Assembly: GCA_965215015.1 (NCBI GenBank)
Contig: OZ244042.1
Span: forward strand, 1,760,001 to 1,824,000
Reading direction: 5' to 3'
Origin: Candidatus Poribacteria bacterium
GTDB lineage: Bacteria > Poribacteria > WGA-4E > PCPOR2b
DNA: 64,000 nt
The translations under genes and the position numbers were made by a program. How positions within the stretch are numbered: position 1 is the stretch's first letter; every line of letters begins with the position of its first letter. The notes under the pieces were generated by a model. The model was not told where the DNA came from, did not search any database, and was given only the letters and a program-made list of their open reading frames with translations. Below, one piece after another: positions 30,661-40,019 of the stretch.

Positions 30661-30776
30661 CTAGGAGATCAGTCCAACGCACAAATCCGTGAGGTGCTCA
30701 ATTCATAACCGGTTAGAATCTGCGGACAGATTCGCCTCGCGCGATACAAAGCAACGCGGTCCCTGCTTCGTTTGAG

Positions 30777-30926
30777 CTATAACCAATCTTGGTCCGGATT
30801 GCTTGATAAATGCCGGTCGCCATGGTGCGGTGTTGCTGAGTGATCCATCGAATTTTCTCCCCCAATTTTCCTAGCGCCGCAACCGATTAAGATAATCAAC
30901 GCTAAAAACGATGTAAATCGCCCCAT
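30777..30926 (-). pseudogene. Short or truncated lipoprotein (49 aa)
   Basis: AGGAG RBS, then MGRFTSFLALIILIG-C lipobox and an early stop. Confidence 0.4.
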
Positions 30927-30956
30927 AGGATTCACACTCCTATGGGGCTTTTTCTT
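30920..30956 (+). terminator. Intrinsic terminator-like hairpin
   Basis: GCCCCATAGGA-ttcacac-TCCTATGGGGC-TTTTTCTT (perfect 11-bp stem). Confidence 0.6.
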
Positions 30957-31155
30957 GAAGCCCTTAAGTATATAGTTCCCAAACTTTAGGAATATTAAAA
31001 AAAAATGAAAAAAAGAGCTTAAGATTTTCCAGCGAACTGAATATATATAAGTGAGGGCAGAATCGCCCTCAAAAATAGGAAGGTTGATATAGAGGCAGTG
31101 GACCCATCTGTTGCCTCTCACATTTTCACCTCGTTTTACCAGGAGGAGGTTCATC

Positions 31156-31707
31156 ATGACACGCCTGAAGCAACACCCGAAGGCATTCGTGTTTGTCAGT
31201 TTGTTAGCACTGGCATTGGTACTGGGGCTAATTCACCGGGGCGTCGCAGGACGTTTAGACGGGCTCCCAACTTCAGCTTACAGCAATGACTACACCGAAG
31301 ATCATATACGGTATAACGTCTCAGTCGGCTCTCTGAGGTATAACTCCAGCACCCAAGAGACAAGTAGCTTTCACCTGATTTTCCTCGAAAATCATTCCAA
31401 TTTTGTGATTACATCGAGGCATCTATACGCCCAGCACGTTTACAAAGACGATCAGCAGACCATTGTGAGGAGCAACTTCACCCCATGGCTCACCGGTCCC
31501 CGGGTGGAACCGATTGAAGACACGCCGCCCCCGGAAGAGGTCAACACGAGGGACGATACGCTCACAAACAATGTTGGTGGTTTATCAGAGGGCCACTATT
31601 GGATTAACGCCTATACGGAGCTGGAGTTCAAGAGAGAAGGGAGCAACATCAACCTTCGGACCCCCAGAGCCGAGGCGGCAAAAAGATTTTTGAAGATGAG
31701 GAACTAA
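31156..31707 (+). CDS. Secreted hypothetical protein (cassette copy 1, full length)
   Basis: AGGAGGAGG RBS; signal peptide MTRLKQHPKAFVFVSLLALALVLGL. Confidence 0.75.
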   Translation: MTRLKQHPKAFVFVSLLALALVLGLIHRGVAGRLDGLPTSAYSNDYTEDHIRYNVSVGSLRYNSSTQETSSFHLIFLENHSNFVITSRHLYAQHVYKDDQQTIVRSNFTPWLTGPRVEPIEDTPPPEEVNTRDDTLTNNVGGLSEGHYWINAYTELEFKREGSNINLRTPRAEAAKRFLKMRN

Positions 31708-31709
31708 CC

Positions 31710-32678
31710 ATGCGTACTCTAACGATATACCTCACCTGTTGTCTCTGGTTGGGCACGATGAGTGCTCATGGCAAAATTGTGTTTCAATCGGGTCGGGATG
31801 GGAATCTTGAAATCTACGTCATGAATTCAGACGGAACGGGTCAAACCCGTCTGACACATAACGAGGCGCGCGATCTCCAAGCTGCCTGGTCTCCTAATGG
31901 GAGACAGATTGCGTTCACACGAACGTGGGATGATGAGGACTTGGAGATTTATGTGATGGATGCCGATGGTGGCAACCAGCGCAATCTGACCAACCATCCC
32001 GCCCTCGATAGCTCTGCCGATTGGTCTCCGGATGGGTCCCAGATTGCGTTTACGAGCGATCGGGTTCGTAATGGGTTGAGCATTTTCGTGATGGACGCCG
32101 ATGGTGCCAACGTCAGACAACTGACTGAGGGGCCGTTTGACGTCGTGCCGAAGTGGTCTCCGGATGGGAAACAGATTGCCTTTGAAGCGGTGTTGGGGTT
32201 GGGGCACGGTCGGCAAATCTATATGATGAATGCCGATGGCACCAACATCTGGCAGGTGTCAGAACCGGTTCCCAAGGCGGGGATGTTTTTGAGGGGGTGG
32301 TCGCCGGATGGCAAACGGATTTTGTATACAGCGGCTATTGATTACTTAGCCCAAAGTGCGTTTTTAGTCATTGCGACGTTGCATCCGAGAAGGCATAAGG
32401 CAATCAAGCATGAGCGGGTGCCGCTGCCAAAAAAAATGCACCTCGAGACATCTGCATGGGGTGCCGATGGGAAGTCGGTGCTCGCCACTCTCAGAAGGGG
32501 TTCTAGGGAAGCGGGTGGTGCCTGGAATATCTACCGGTTTCGTCTCTCAACGGGTGAACTCATCCAGTTGACCGATAATCCGACGACGGATATAGCTCCT
32601 CACGAATGGAATCCTCGGCTGTCGATTTCGCCACAGGGGTTAGCTCCCAAACGTTGGGTGGAGATTAAATCGAACTGA
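31710..32678 (+). CDS. Secreted TolB-like PD40 beta-propeller protein, copy 1
   Basis: Signal peptide, KIVFQSGRDGNLEIYVM, WSPDG repeats, C-terminal SPQGLAPKRWVEIK. Confidence 0.88.
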   Translation: MRTLTIYLTCCLWLGTMSAHGKIVFQSGRDGNLEIYVMNSDGTGQTRLTHNEARDLQAAWSPNGRQIAFTRTWDDEDLEIYVMDADGGNQRNLTNHPALDSSADWSPDGSQIAFTSDRVRNGLSIFVMDADGANVRQLTEGPFDVVPKWSPDGKQIAFEAVLGLGHGRQIYMMNADGTNIWQVSEPVPKAGMFLRGWSPDGKRILYTAAIDYLAQSAFLVIATLHPRRHKAIKHERVPLPKKMHLETSAWGADGKSVLATLRRGSREAGGAWNIYRFRLSTGELIQLTDNPTTDIAPHEWNPRLSISPQGLAPKRWVEIKSN

Positions 32679-32733
32679 CCGCATCACCGAGGGGTTGGGT
32701 TGCCCCCAATCCCTCCCACTCCTTACCCCTTTG

Positions 32734-32821
32734 GCTCATGTTAAGAAATGGTGCAACAGTCCCCGAGTTTTTTCGGAAACACTCGGTTTCTCTAAGCATC
32801 TGTGCACTTTCTTTTGCATGA
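32734..32821. repeat. Palindromic miniature repeat, family B; copies at 34275-34361 and 63103-63192, core at about 52105-52137, half copies at 18834 and 38255
   Basis: GCTCATG..AAGAAA..GTGCA ... CCGAG-ttttt..aaaa-CTCGG ... TGCACTTTCTT..CATGA. Confidence 0.7.
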
Positions 32822-33026
32822 ATTTCATTTTTTTTCTAAAAAAAGAGCTAAACTTTTTGAATTGAGCGCAATATAATAAGTGTAGGCGGAATTAATCAGA
32901 GCCTACGAGTGAAGCGATGTTTTGAGGCTGTCTGAGTGGTTGTCCTCAAATATAATAAGGGTAGAGGCAGTGGACCCATCTGTTGCCTCTCACATTTCAC
33001 CGCATTTTACCAGGAGGAGGTTCATC

Positions 33027-33248
33027 ATGACATGCCTACCCCGGGTGGAACCGATTGAAGACACGCCGCCCCCGGAAGAGGTCAACACGAGGGACGATAC
33101 GCTCACAAACAATGTTGGTGGTTTATCAGATGGCTACTATTGGATTAACGCCTATACGGAGCTGGAGTTCAAGAGAGAAGGGAGCAACATCAACCTTCGG
33201 ACCCCCAGAGCCGAGGCGGCAAAAAGATTTCGGAAAATGAGGAACTAA
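33027..33248 (+). pseudogene. Internally deleted, in-frame copy 2 of the secreted hypothetical gene
   Basis: Same RBS and start; 330 nt shorter than copy 1; lacks the signal peptide. Confidence 0.7.
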
Positions 33249-33250
33249 CC

Positions 33251-34219
33251 ATGCGTACTCTAACGATATACCTCACCTGTTGTCTCTGGTTGGGCACGAT
33301 GAGTGCTCATGGCAAAATTGTGTTTCAATCCGGTCGGGATGGAAATCTTGAAATCTATGTCATGAATTCAGACGGAACGGGTCAAACCCGTCTGACACAT
33401 AACGAGGCACGCGATTTTGAAGCTGCCTGGTCTCCTAATGGTAGACAGATTGCGTTCACACGAACGTGGGATGATGAGGACTTGGAGATTTATGTGATGG
33501 ATGCCGATGGTGGCAACCAGCGCAATCTGACCAACCATCCCGCCCTCGATGGCTCTGCCGATTGGTCTCCGGATGGATCGCAGATTGCGTTTACGAGTGA
33601 GCGGGTTCGTAATGGGTTGAGGATTTTCGTGATGGACGCCGATGGTGCCAACATCAGACAACTGACCGAGGGACCATTTGACGTCGTACCGAAGTGGTCT
33701 CCGGATGGGAAACGGATTGCGTTTGAATCGATGTTGGAGTTGGGGCACGGTCGGCAAATCTATATGATGAATGCCGATGGCACCAACATCTGGCAGGTGT
33801 CAGAACCGGTTCCCAAGGCGGGGATGTTTTTGAGGGGGTGGTCGCCGGATGGCAAACGGATTTTGTATACAGCGGCTATTGATTACTTAGCCCAAAGTGC
33901 GTTTTTGGTCATTGCGACGTTGCATCCGAGAAGGCATAAGGCAATCAAGCATGAGCGGGTGCCGCTGCCAAAAAAAATGCACCTCGAGACATCTGCATGG
34001 GGTGCCGATGGGAAGTCGGTGCTCGCCACTCTCAGAAGGGGTCCTAGGGAAGCGGGTGGTGCCTGGAATATCTACCGGTTTCGTCTCTCAACGGGTGAAC
34101 TCATCCAGTTGACCGATAATCCGACGACGGATATAGCTCCTCACGAATGGAATCCTCGTCTGTCGATTTCGCCACAGGGGTTAGCTCCCAAGCGTTGGGT
34201 GGAGATTAAATCGAACTGA
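33251..34219 (+). CDS. Secreted TolB-like PD40 protein, copy 2
   Basis: 322 aa, near-identical to copy 1. Confidence 0.88.
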   Translation: MRTLTIYLTCCLWLGTMSAHGKIVFQSGRDGNLEIYVMNSDGTGQTRLTHNEARDFEAAWSPNGRQIAFTRTWDDEDLEIYVMDADGGNQRNLTNHPALDGSADWSPDGSQIAFTSERVRNGLRIFVMDADGANIRQLTEGPFDVVPKWSPDGKRIAFESMLELGHGRQIYMMNADGTNIWQVSEPVPKAGMFLRGWSPDGKRILYTAAIDYLAQSAFLVIATLHPRRHKAIKHERVPLPKKMHLETSAWGADGKSVLATLRRGPREAGGAWNIYRFRLSTGELIQLTDNPTTDIAPHEWNPRLSISPQGLAPKRWVEIKSN

Positions 34220-34580
34220 CCGCATCACCGAGGGGTTGGGTTGCCCCCAATCCCTCCCATTCCTTACCCCTTTGGCTGATGTTAAGACAGAGTGCAACAG
34301 CCTCCGAGTTTTGCCGAAAAAGCTCGGTTGCTGTTCGCGCTTTGCACTTTCTTTTGCATGAATTTCATTTTTTAGTAAAAAAAGAGCTAAACTTTTTGAA
34401 TTGAGCGCAATATAATAAGTGTAGGCGGAATCAATCCTGCTAAATTGAAAAGAGCCTACGAGTGAAGCGATGTTTTGAGGCGGTCCGAGGGACTGTCCTC
34501 AAATATAATAAGGGTAGAGGCAGTCGAACCATCTGTCGCCTCTCACATTTTCACCTCGTTTTACCAGGAGGAGGTTCATC

Positions 34581-34811
34581 ATGACACGCCTGAAGCAACA
34601 CCCGAAGGCATTTGTGATTGAAGACACGCCGCCCCCGGAAGAGGTCAACACGAGGGACGATACGCTCACAAACAATGTTGATGGTTTATCAAACGGCCCC
34701 TATTGGATTAACGCCTATACGGAGCTGGAGTTCAAGAGAGAGGGGAGCAACATCAACCTTCTGACCCCCAGAGCCGAGGCGGCAAAAAGATTTTTGAAGA
34801 TGAGGAACTAA
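34581..34811 (+). pseudogene. Internally deleted, in-frame copy 3 of the secreted hypothetical gene
   Basis: 321 nt shorter than copy 1, with different breakpoints from copy 2. Confidence 0.7.
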
Positions 34812-34813
34812 CC

Positions 34814-35782
34814 ATGCGTACTCTAACGATATACCTCACCTGTTGTCTCTGGTTGGGCACGATGAGTGCTCATGGCAAAATTGTGTTTCAATCCGGTCGG
34901 GATGGGAATCTTGAAATCTACGTCATGAATTCAGACGGAACGGGTCAAACCCGTCTGACACATAACGAGGCCCGCGATCTCCAAGCTGCCTGGTCTCCTA
35001 ATGGGAGACAGATTGCGTTCACACGAATGTGGGATGATGAGGACTTGGAGATTTATGTGATGGATGCCGATGGTGGCAACCAGCGCAATCTGACCAACCA
35101 TCCCGCCCTCGATGGCTCTGCCGATTGGTCTCCGGATGGGTCGCAGATTGCGTTTACGAGCGAGCGGGTTCGTAATGGGTTGAGCATTTTCGTGATGGAC
35201 GCCGATGGTGCCAACGTCAGACAACTGACTGAGGGACCGTTTGACGTCGTGCCGAAGTGGTCTCCGGATGGGAAACGGATTGCGTTTGAATCGATGTTGG
35301 AGTTGGGGCACGGTCGGCAAATCTATATGATGAATGCTGATGGCACCAACATCTGGCAGGTGTCAGAACCGATTCCCAAGGCGGGGATGTTTTTGATGGG
35401 GTGGTCGCCGGATGGTAAACAGATTCTGTATACAGCGGCTGTTGATTACTTAGTCCAAAGTTCGTTTTTAGTCATTGCGACGTTGCATCCGAGAAGGCAT
35501 GAGGCGGTCAAGCATGAGCGGGTGCCGCTGCCAAAAAAAATGCACCTCAACACGGCTGCGTGGGGTGCCGATGGGAAGTCGGTGCTCGCGACTCTCAGAA
35601 GGGGTCCTAGGGAAGCGGGTGGTGCCTGGAATATCTACCGTTTCCGTCTCTCAACGGGTGAACTCATCCAGTTGACCGATAATCCGACGACGGATATAGC
35701 CCCTCATGAATGGAATCCTCGGCTGTCGGTTTCGCCACAGGGGTTGGCTCCCAAGCGTTGGGTGGAGATTAAATCGAACTGA
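34814..35782 (+). CDS. Secreted TolB-like PD40 protein, copy 3
   Basis: 322 aa, near-identical to copies 1 and 2. Confidence 0.88.
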   Translation: MRTLTIYLTCCLWLGTMSAHGKIVFQSGRDGNLEIYVMNSDGTGQTRLTHNEARDLQAAWSPNGRQIAFTRMWDDEDLEIYVMDADGGNQRNLTNHPALDGSADWSPDGSQIAFTSERVRNGLSIFVMDADGANVRQLTEGPFDVVPKWSPDGKRIAFESMLELGHGRQIYMMNADGTNIWQVSEPIPKAGMFLMGWSPDGKQILYTAAVDYLVQSSFLVIATLHPRRHEAVKHERVPLPKKMHLNTAAWGADGKSVLATLRRGPREAGGAWNIYRFRLSTGELIQLTDNPTTDIAPHEWNPRLSVSPQGLAPKRWVEIKSN

Positions 35783-36251
35783 CCGCATCACCGAGGGGTT
35801 GGGTTGCCCCCAATCCCTCCCATTCTTTACTGCCATTAAACTCGCAACCCGAATGAGGAACAAAATATCCCTAACCCCGTAGGTGGGGCCTCTTGCCCCA
35901 TCTACTACCTGAGCCCCATACCTGCATCCGTGCTTTCTGTGCCACCAGTTTAAGCCGTGATTCAGGCAATAATTATAACCCCCTTCAACTGCCACTTTGC
36001 ACACTGGACGTTAAAGGCGACAACCGAGTTGCACGGTGTTGGGCAATTTCTGAACCATCCCCTTAACTGCACGAGTATTTCGTGGGTGGTTGCCCCTATT
36101 CGGTTTTGACGGTGAGATTCACCGGTTGGAGGGATCTCCTATGTTTCTCATTGTTAATAGATGTTTGGCACAAAGATTGCCCAATAACTACTAAGAGGCC
36201 CCACTGGAGTGAAGACAAACAACTGCCGCTTATAAGTAAGGAGGAACGACC

Positions 36252-36875
36252 ATGACACAACAACGGAATCCACGAAACCCAGAAAAATGTCCCTTCTATA
36301 TTCAACCCACAGACCCCTTAAGCGCAGAGAAATCAATTGATCGATGTGTGGCGTGTGTTACTCGCGGCAACCAACAGCTTCAAAGCCTGAAAGCGGATTT
36401 GCGTCAAACGGCATACCTGACAATTCGCGAACAGACGCCGAAGTATGACCCCAACCATGAAACGGGGGCCAGTTTCAGCACATTTATCCGTTCCTGGGTG
36501 TGTGGCAAGCTCTGGAGCGAAAGAACAGAATACCTCAAGTTAATTCCGTTTCCGGTCTATGAGGGTAGGGAAGATGCTCAACCCTTTGCCAACAATCCAT
36601 TGGTTGATGGAATGGTAGCCGAAGCATGGCAATGTGAAGGCGTCGAGGACCGGGCGACCCACTGTGTTGAGGTTGAGCAATTTAAACAGCAGCTGCCCCA
36701 ATTCTTAGAACGTTTGTCCGAGCGGGAACGGTTGGTCTTGAAGTTAAAATTCTTTGAGGAAAAAAAGTCAGTTGAGATAGCTAAAGTCCTTGATGTGAGT
36801 GAGGCGCGTGTGAGCCAATTGATTAGCACTACCCTTGCTAAATTGAAAAAAACTATCAGTGCCCGGTTCTGTTGA
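36252..36875 (+). CDS. Sigma-70 family alternative sigma factor (regions 2 and 4)
   Basis: DLRQTAYL...KYDP..GASFSTF (region 2); LSERERLVLKL...EIAKVLDVSEARVSQL (region 4). Confidence 0.8.
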   Translation: MTQQRNPRNPEKCPFYIQPTDPLSAEKSIDRCVACVTRGNQQLQSLKADLRQTAYLTIREQTPKYDPNHETGASFSTFIRSWVCGKLWSERTEYLKLIPFPVYEGREDAQPFANNPLVDGMVAEAWQCEGVEDRATHCVEVEQFKQQLPQFLERLSERERLVLKLKFFEEKKSVEIAKVLDVSEARVSQLISTTLAKLKKTISARFC

Positions 36876-37101
36876 CATTTGACAAATCAACCAATCTTGA
36901 GATCAATGTAGTGGGTACGCTCGGTTGTGCTGTCCACAGAAGAGAGTGAGGCCTTCAGTTGGTCAATTTGCTAAGATCGACCAACTGGGAATCGAAATAT
37001 GAATCTAGATTGATCGGCTTAGCCGCGCAATCTGCTAAATTCGTTTAATCCGTGATTCAGACAATAATTATGCACATCCCTCAATGAGGTTATAATAATC
37101 A

Positions 37102-38082
37102 ATGAATAACAATAGACCGACGCGGATTGCCGATGTAATTGGCGGACACATTCATCCGGCAATCTGTGTCACGCAAAGCGGAACGCTGCTTGGCGTCTAC
37201 AATAAAGAGGGCGGTGGTGGGAAAGAACTCCTATTAAGCCGATCGGACGATGGAGGCGGGACGTGGAGCCGTCCAATCCCCATCCCTGTCATCCGTAACT
37301 GCTCAATCTATCCCGGATCGCTGACAACGTTGAGCGATGGACGGGTTCTGCTCAATTGGTCCTGCTATCACAAAGCGGGGAAGAAACTCTGGCGGACACC
37401 TCAATTTTCAATCAGCCGCGACGAGGGCGAAACGTGGTCTGAACCGAGAGATTATCCTATCACCGACCTCACCAACTATACCTGTATGCGTCATGCACAG
37501 ATTGAATGGTCAACCGATACGTGGGTGTGTCCATTCTATGACCGCACCGTGCTGTACGATATGAGGGCAGATCAGATTAAGGCTTTCGGGGATGGACGCA
37601 ATCACGGCATGGTGCCGATTGTCCGTACCACTAAGGGAACGCTAATCAGCGGTGCCCCGCAGGCGGTTGCGCCCGTGCCTGTAGGTGTGCCGGGGAATAT
37701 GGTCAGAGGGCTTCGTTCGACAGATAACGGTAACACATGGGATGCGTTGAACGTCTTTCCGCACTTTGGTGTTGCTGGATATGATCTAGCTGCGCTGACA
37801 AACGGTTGGATCGTCTTAACCTACATCGTCTACGGCGTTGGCGTCGATGGGGAGTTTAGCTATGAGTTAGTTGTATCGCGTGATGATGGGGTAACGTGGA
37901 ATTTCGATCGCGCAATTGAAGTCCACAATCCGGGTAGGCCCATCGTGGGGCGGGGTTGGCCGCGCACGGTGCAGCTTGACGCAGAGACCCTTGGGACCCT
38001 CTTTTATGATCTTGACCAAGACCAACCTGGGGGGCCGGGGGTGTTCTTTGTTCGGACACCACTGACGCAATTGGGCGGTTGA
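37102..38082 (+). CDS. BNR/Asp-box sialidase-like protein
   Basis: Four Asp boxes: SDDGGGTW, SRDEGETW, STDNGNTW, SRDDGVTW. Confidence 0.8.
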   Translation: MNNNRPTRIADVIGGHIHPAICVTQSGTLLGVYNKEGGGGKELLLSRSDDGGGTWSRPIPIPVIRNCSIYPGSLTTLSDGRVLLNWSCYHKAGKKLWRTPQFSISRDEGETWSEPRDYPITDLTNYTCMRHAQIEWSTDTWVCPFYDRTVLYDMRADQIKAFGDGRNHGMVPIVRTTKGTLISGAPQAVAPVPVGVPGNMVRGLRSTDNGNTWDALNVFPHFGVAGYDLAALTNGWIVLTYIVYGVGVDGEFSYELVVSRDDGVTWNFDRAIEVHNPGRPIVGRGWPRTVQLDAETLGTLFYDLDQDQPGGPGVFFVRTPLTQLGG

Positions 38083-38393
38083 GACAAAATACCTGAGGGT
38101 GCTCATAAATAGACCCTCGGTTGGGTTGAACAGGTAATCCCTAATCTCTGCCCACATCAACCAATGTTCGGCGTGTCGCGCAACATATTGGGTATTTTGG
38201 GGACAAGAATCCGTGATTCAGACAATTTATTATCAGCACTTCTCAAAGACCTACGCTCATGTCCAAAGAAAGTGCAAAACGCAAAGAACGTGAAACGTGA
38301 AAAACCATTTGTTCATGGGGGCATTGGTTCGTTAATGCGGGCGGGCTAGGAAGGCCGGATTCTATTGCACGATTGCTTAACATCAACGAAATT

Positions 38394-38438
38394 AAAAAGC
38401 CGTAGAGACACAATATACCGTGCCCTTACGGCTTTCTT
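38394..38438 (-). terminator. Probable terminator after leuA
   Basis: Stem AAAAGCCGTA...TACGGCTTTC, with an A-tract on the + strand giving a U-tract on the - strand. Confidence 0.55.
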
Positions 38439-38455
38439 GTTATGGATTTCTCATT

Positions 38456-39991
38456 TTATTCTTCATAGCGCAGATGGACAATCTTGTTGAGGACATCAAT
38501 GTAGGCTTTCGCGCTCGCTTCAATAATGTCCGTGCTAGCACCATGCCCGATAATAACATTCCCGTTGTCCTGCACCCGGATTGTCACCTCACCGATCGCA
38601 TCCTTTCCCTCGGTAACAGACCGGATGTTGTAGTCTGCGAGCAGGAGGGGAATCTTGGCGATCCGGTCAATTGCCTTATAGGCTGCATCAACAGGACCAT
38701 CGCCAGTGGAGGCTTCCTCAATAACACCTGCTTCGGTACGGACGCCTACCGTCGTTGTTGGGGAGATTTTCGTCCCGCTGACCAGCTGAATGTACTCCAA
38801 TTGGAAGGTTTCAGGAATCGAGCGGACCTCGTCTCTCATGATGGCCTCAAGGTCGGCGTCGTGAACCTCTTTCTTCTTATCGGCGACGTTGAGGAATCGT
38901 TCATAGATTTTTTCCAGCTGTTCCTGTGTCACCTCATAACCGAGCGCATTCAGACGGTGCCTGAGGGCGTTGCGCCCGGATCGCGGACTGAGGATAATCT
39001 GACTCTCCTGCCAACCGACATCTGCCGGATCGATAATCTCGAAAGTATTTCGTTGCTTGATAACACCATCTTGATGAATGCCAGAACTGTGTGCAAAAGC
39101 ATTCTCCCCAACGATAGCTTTGTTCGGTTGAACCGATATTCCCATCGTCCGACTGACACGACGGCTAATCGGAACAATCTCTTTCGTGTTGATGTCCGTA
39201 TAGTAGTCGCTGAAATAGTCTCGACGGGTTCGGATTGCCATCACAATCTCTTCGAGCGATGTGTTACCAGCGCGTTCACCGAGCCCGTTGATGGTGCATT
39301 CGACCTGCCTTGCCCCATTTTCAATCGCTGCGAGACTGTTCGCAACAGCGAGTCCGAGGTCATTATGGCAGTGGACACTGATGATTGCTTGATCGATGTT
39401 CGGGACATTCGCTTTGATGTCCGCGATGAGTTCCCCAAATTCAGCTGGCACCGTCCAGCCTACCGTTTCGGGGATGTTCACGATCGTTGCGCCCGCCGCG
39501 ATCGTCGCCTCAACCACTTCATAAAGATAGCTTGGCTCCGTACGTCCGGCGTCCATCGGCGAAAATTCGATAACTGCGCTGGGGTGTCCGGCAGATAGCC
39601 CCTTCGCGTAGCTGACGGCGTCGAGTGCCATCTGCAGCGTCTCTTCGGGAGAGGTGCGGGTGATACGTTCTCGGTGAATGGGTGAGGTCCCGACAAACGT
39701 GTGAATACGAGGTTTTTGGGCATCTTTAATCGCTCCCCACGCCGCGGTGATATCCTTCTCGACCACGCGTGAAAGCGCGCAAATTTCTGGACCCTCAACT
39801 TCATTGGAGATGCGCGTCACTGCATCAAAGTCACCGGGTGATGAGACAGGGAACCCAGCTTCGATAATATCGACTTGCAGCTTTGCGAGGTGTTTCGCTA
39901 TTTCCAGCTTTTCCTCAAGATTCAGCGCGGCACCGGGCGTTTGCTCAGCATCCCGCAGGGTGGTATCAAAAATGTAAACTTTCTCAGACAC
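38456..39991 (-). CDS. leuA: 2-isopropylmalate synthase
   Basis: [46 protein letters not shown]-terminal regulatory domain GDGPVDA; GTG start after AAGGAG. Confidence 0.93.
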   Translation of the reverse strand: MSEKVYIFDTTLRDAEQTPGAALNLEEKLEIAKHLAKLQVDIIEAGFPVSSPGDFDAVTRISNEVEGPEICALSRVVEKDITAAWGAIKDAQKPRIHTFVGTSPIHRERITRTSPEETLQMALDAVSYAKGLSAGHPSAVIEFSPMDAGRTEPSYLYEVVEATIAAGATIVNIPETVGWTVPAEFGELIADIKANVPNIDQAIISVHCHNDLGLAVANSLAAIENGARQVECTINGLGERAGNTSLEEIVMAIRTRRDYFSDYYTDINTKEIVPISRRVSRTMGISVQPNKAIVGENAFAHSSGIHQDGVIKQRNTFEIIDPADVGWQESQIILSPRSGRNALRHRLNALGYEVTQEQLEKIYERFLNVADKKKEVHDADLEAIMRDEVRSIPETFQLEYIQLVSGTKISPTTTVGVRTEAGVIEEASTGDGPVDAAYKAIDRIAKIPLLLADYNIRSVTEGKDAIGEVTIRVQDNGNVIIGHGASTDIIEASAKAYIDVLNKIVHLRYEE

Positions 39992-40019
39992 TGTGTGATT
40001 CTCCTTTTTAGGGGTGCGC

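Noticed and set aside
31710-35782. DGR-style diversification of the TolB-like copies
   Set aside because: These are whole-gene copies with many synonymous changes at all four bases and a block-wise pattern; no reverse transcriptase is present.
38420-39598. 392-aa plus-strand ORF and other long antisense ORFs (e.g. 29497-30201, 48988-49725)
   Set aside because: They are shadows of well-supported genes on the opposite strand and carry no recognisable motifs.
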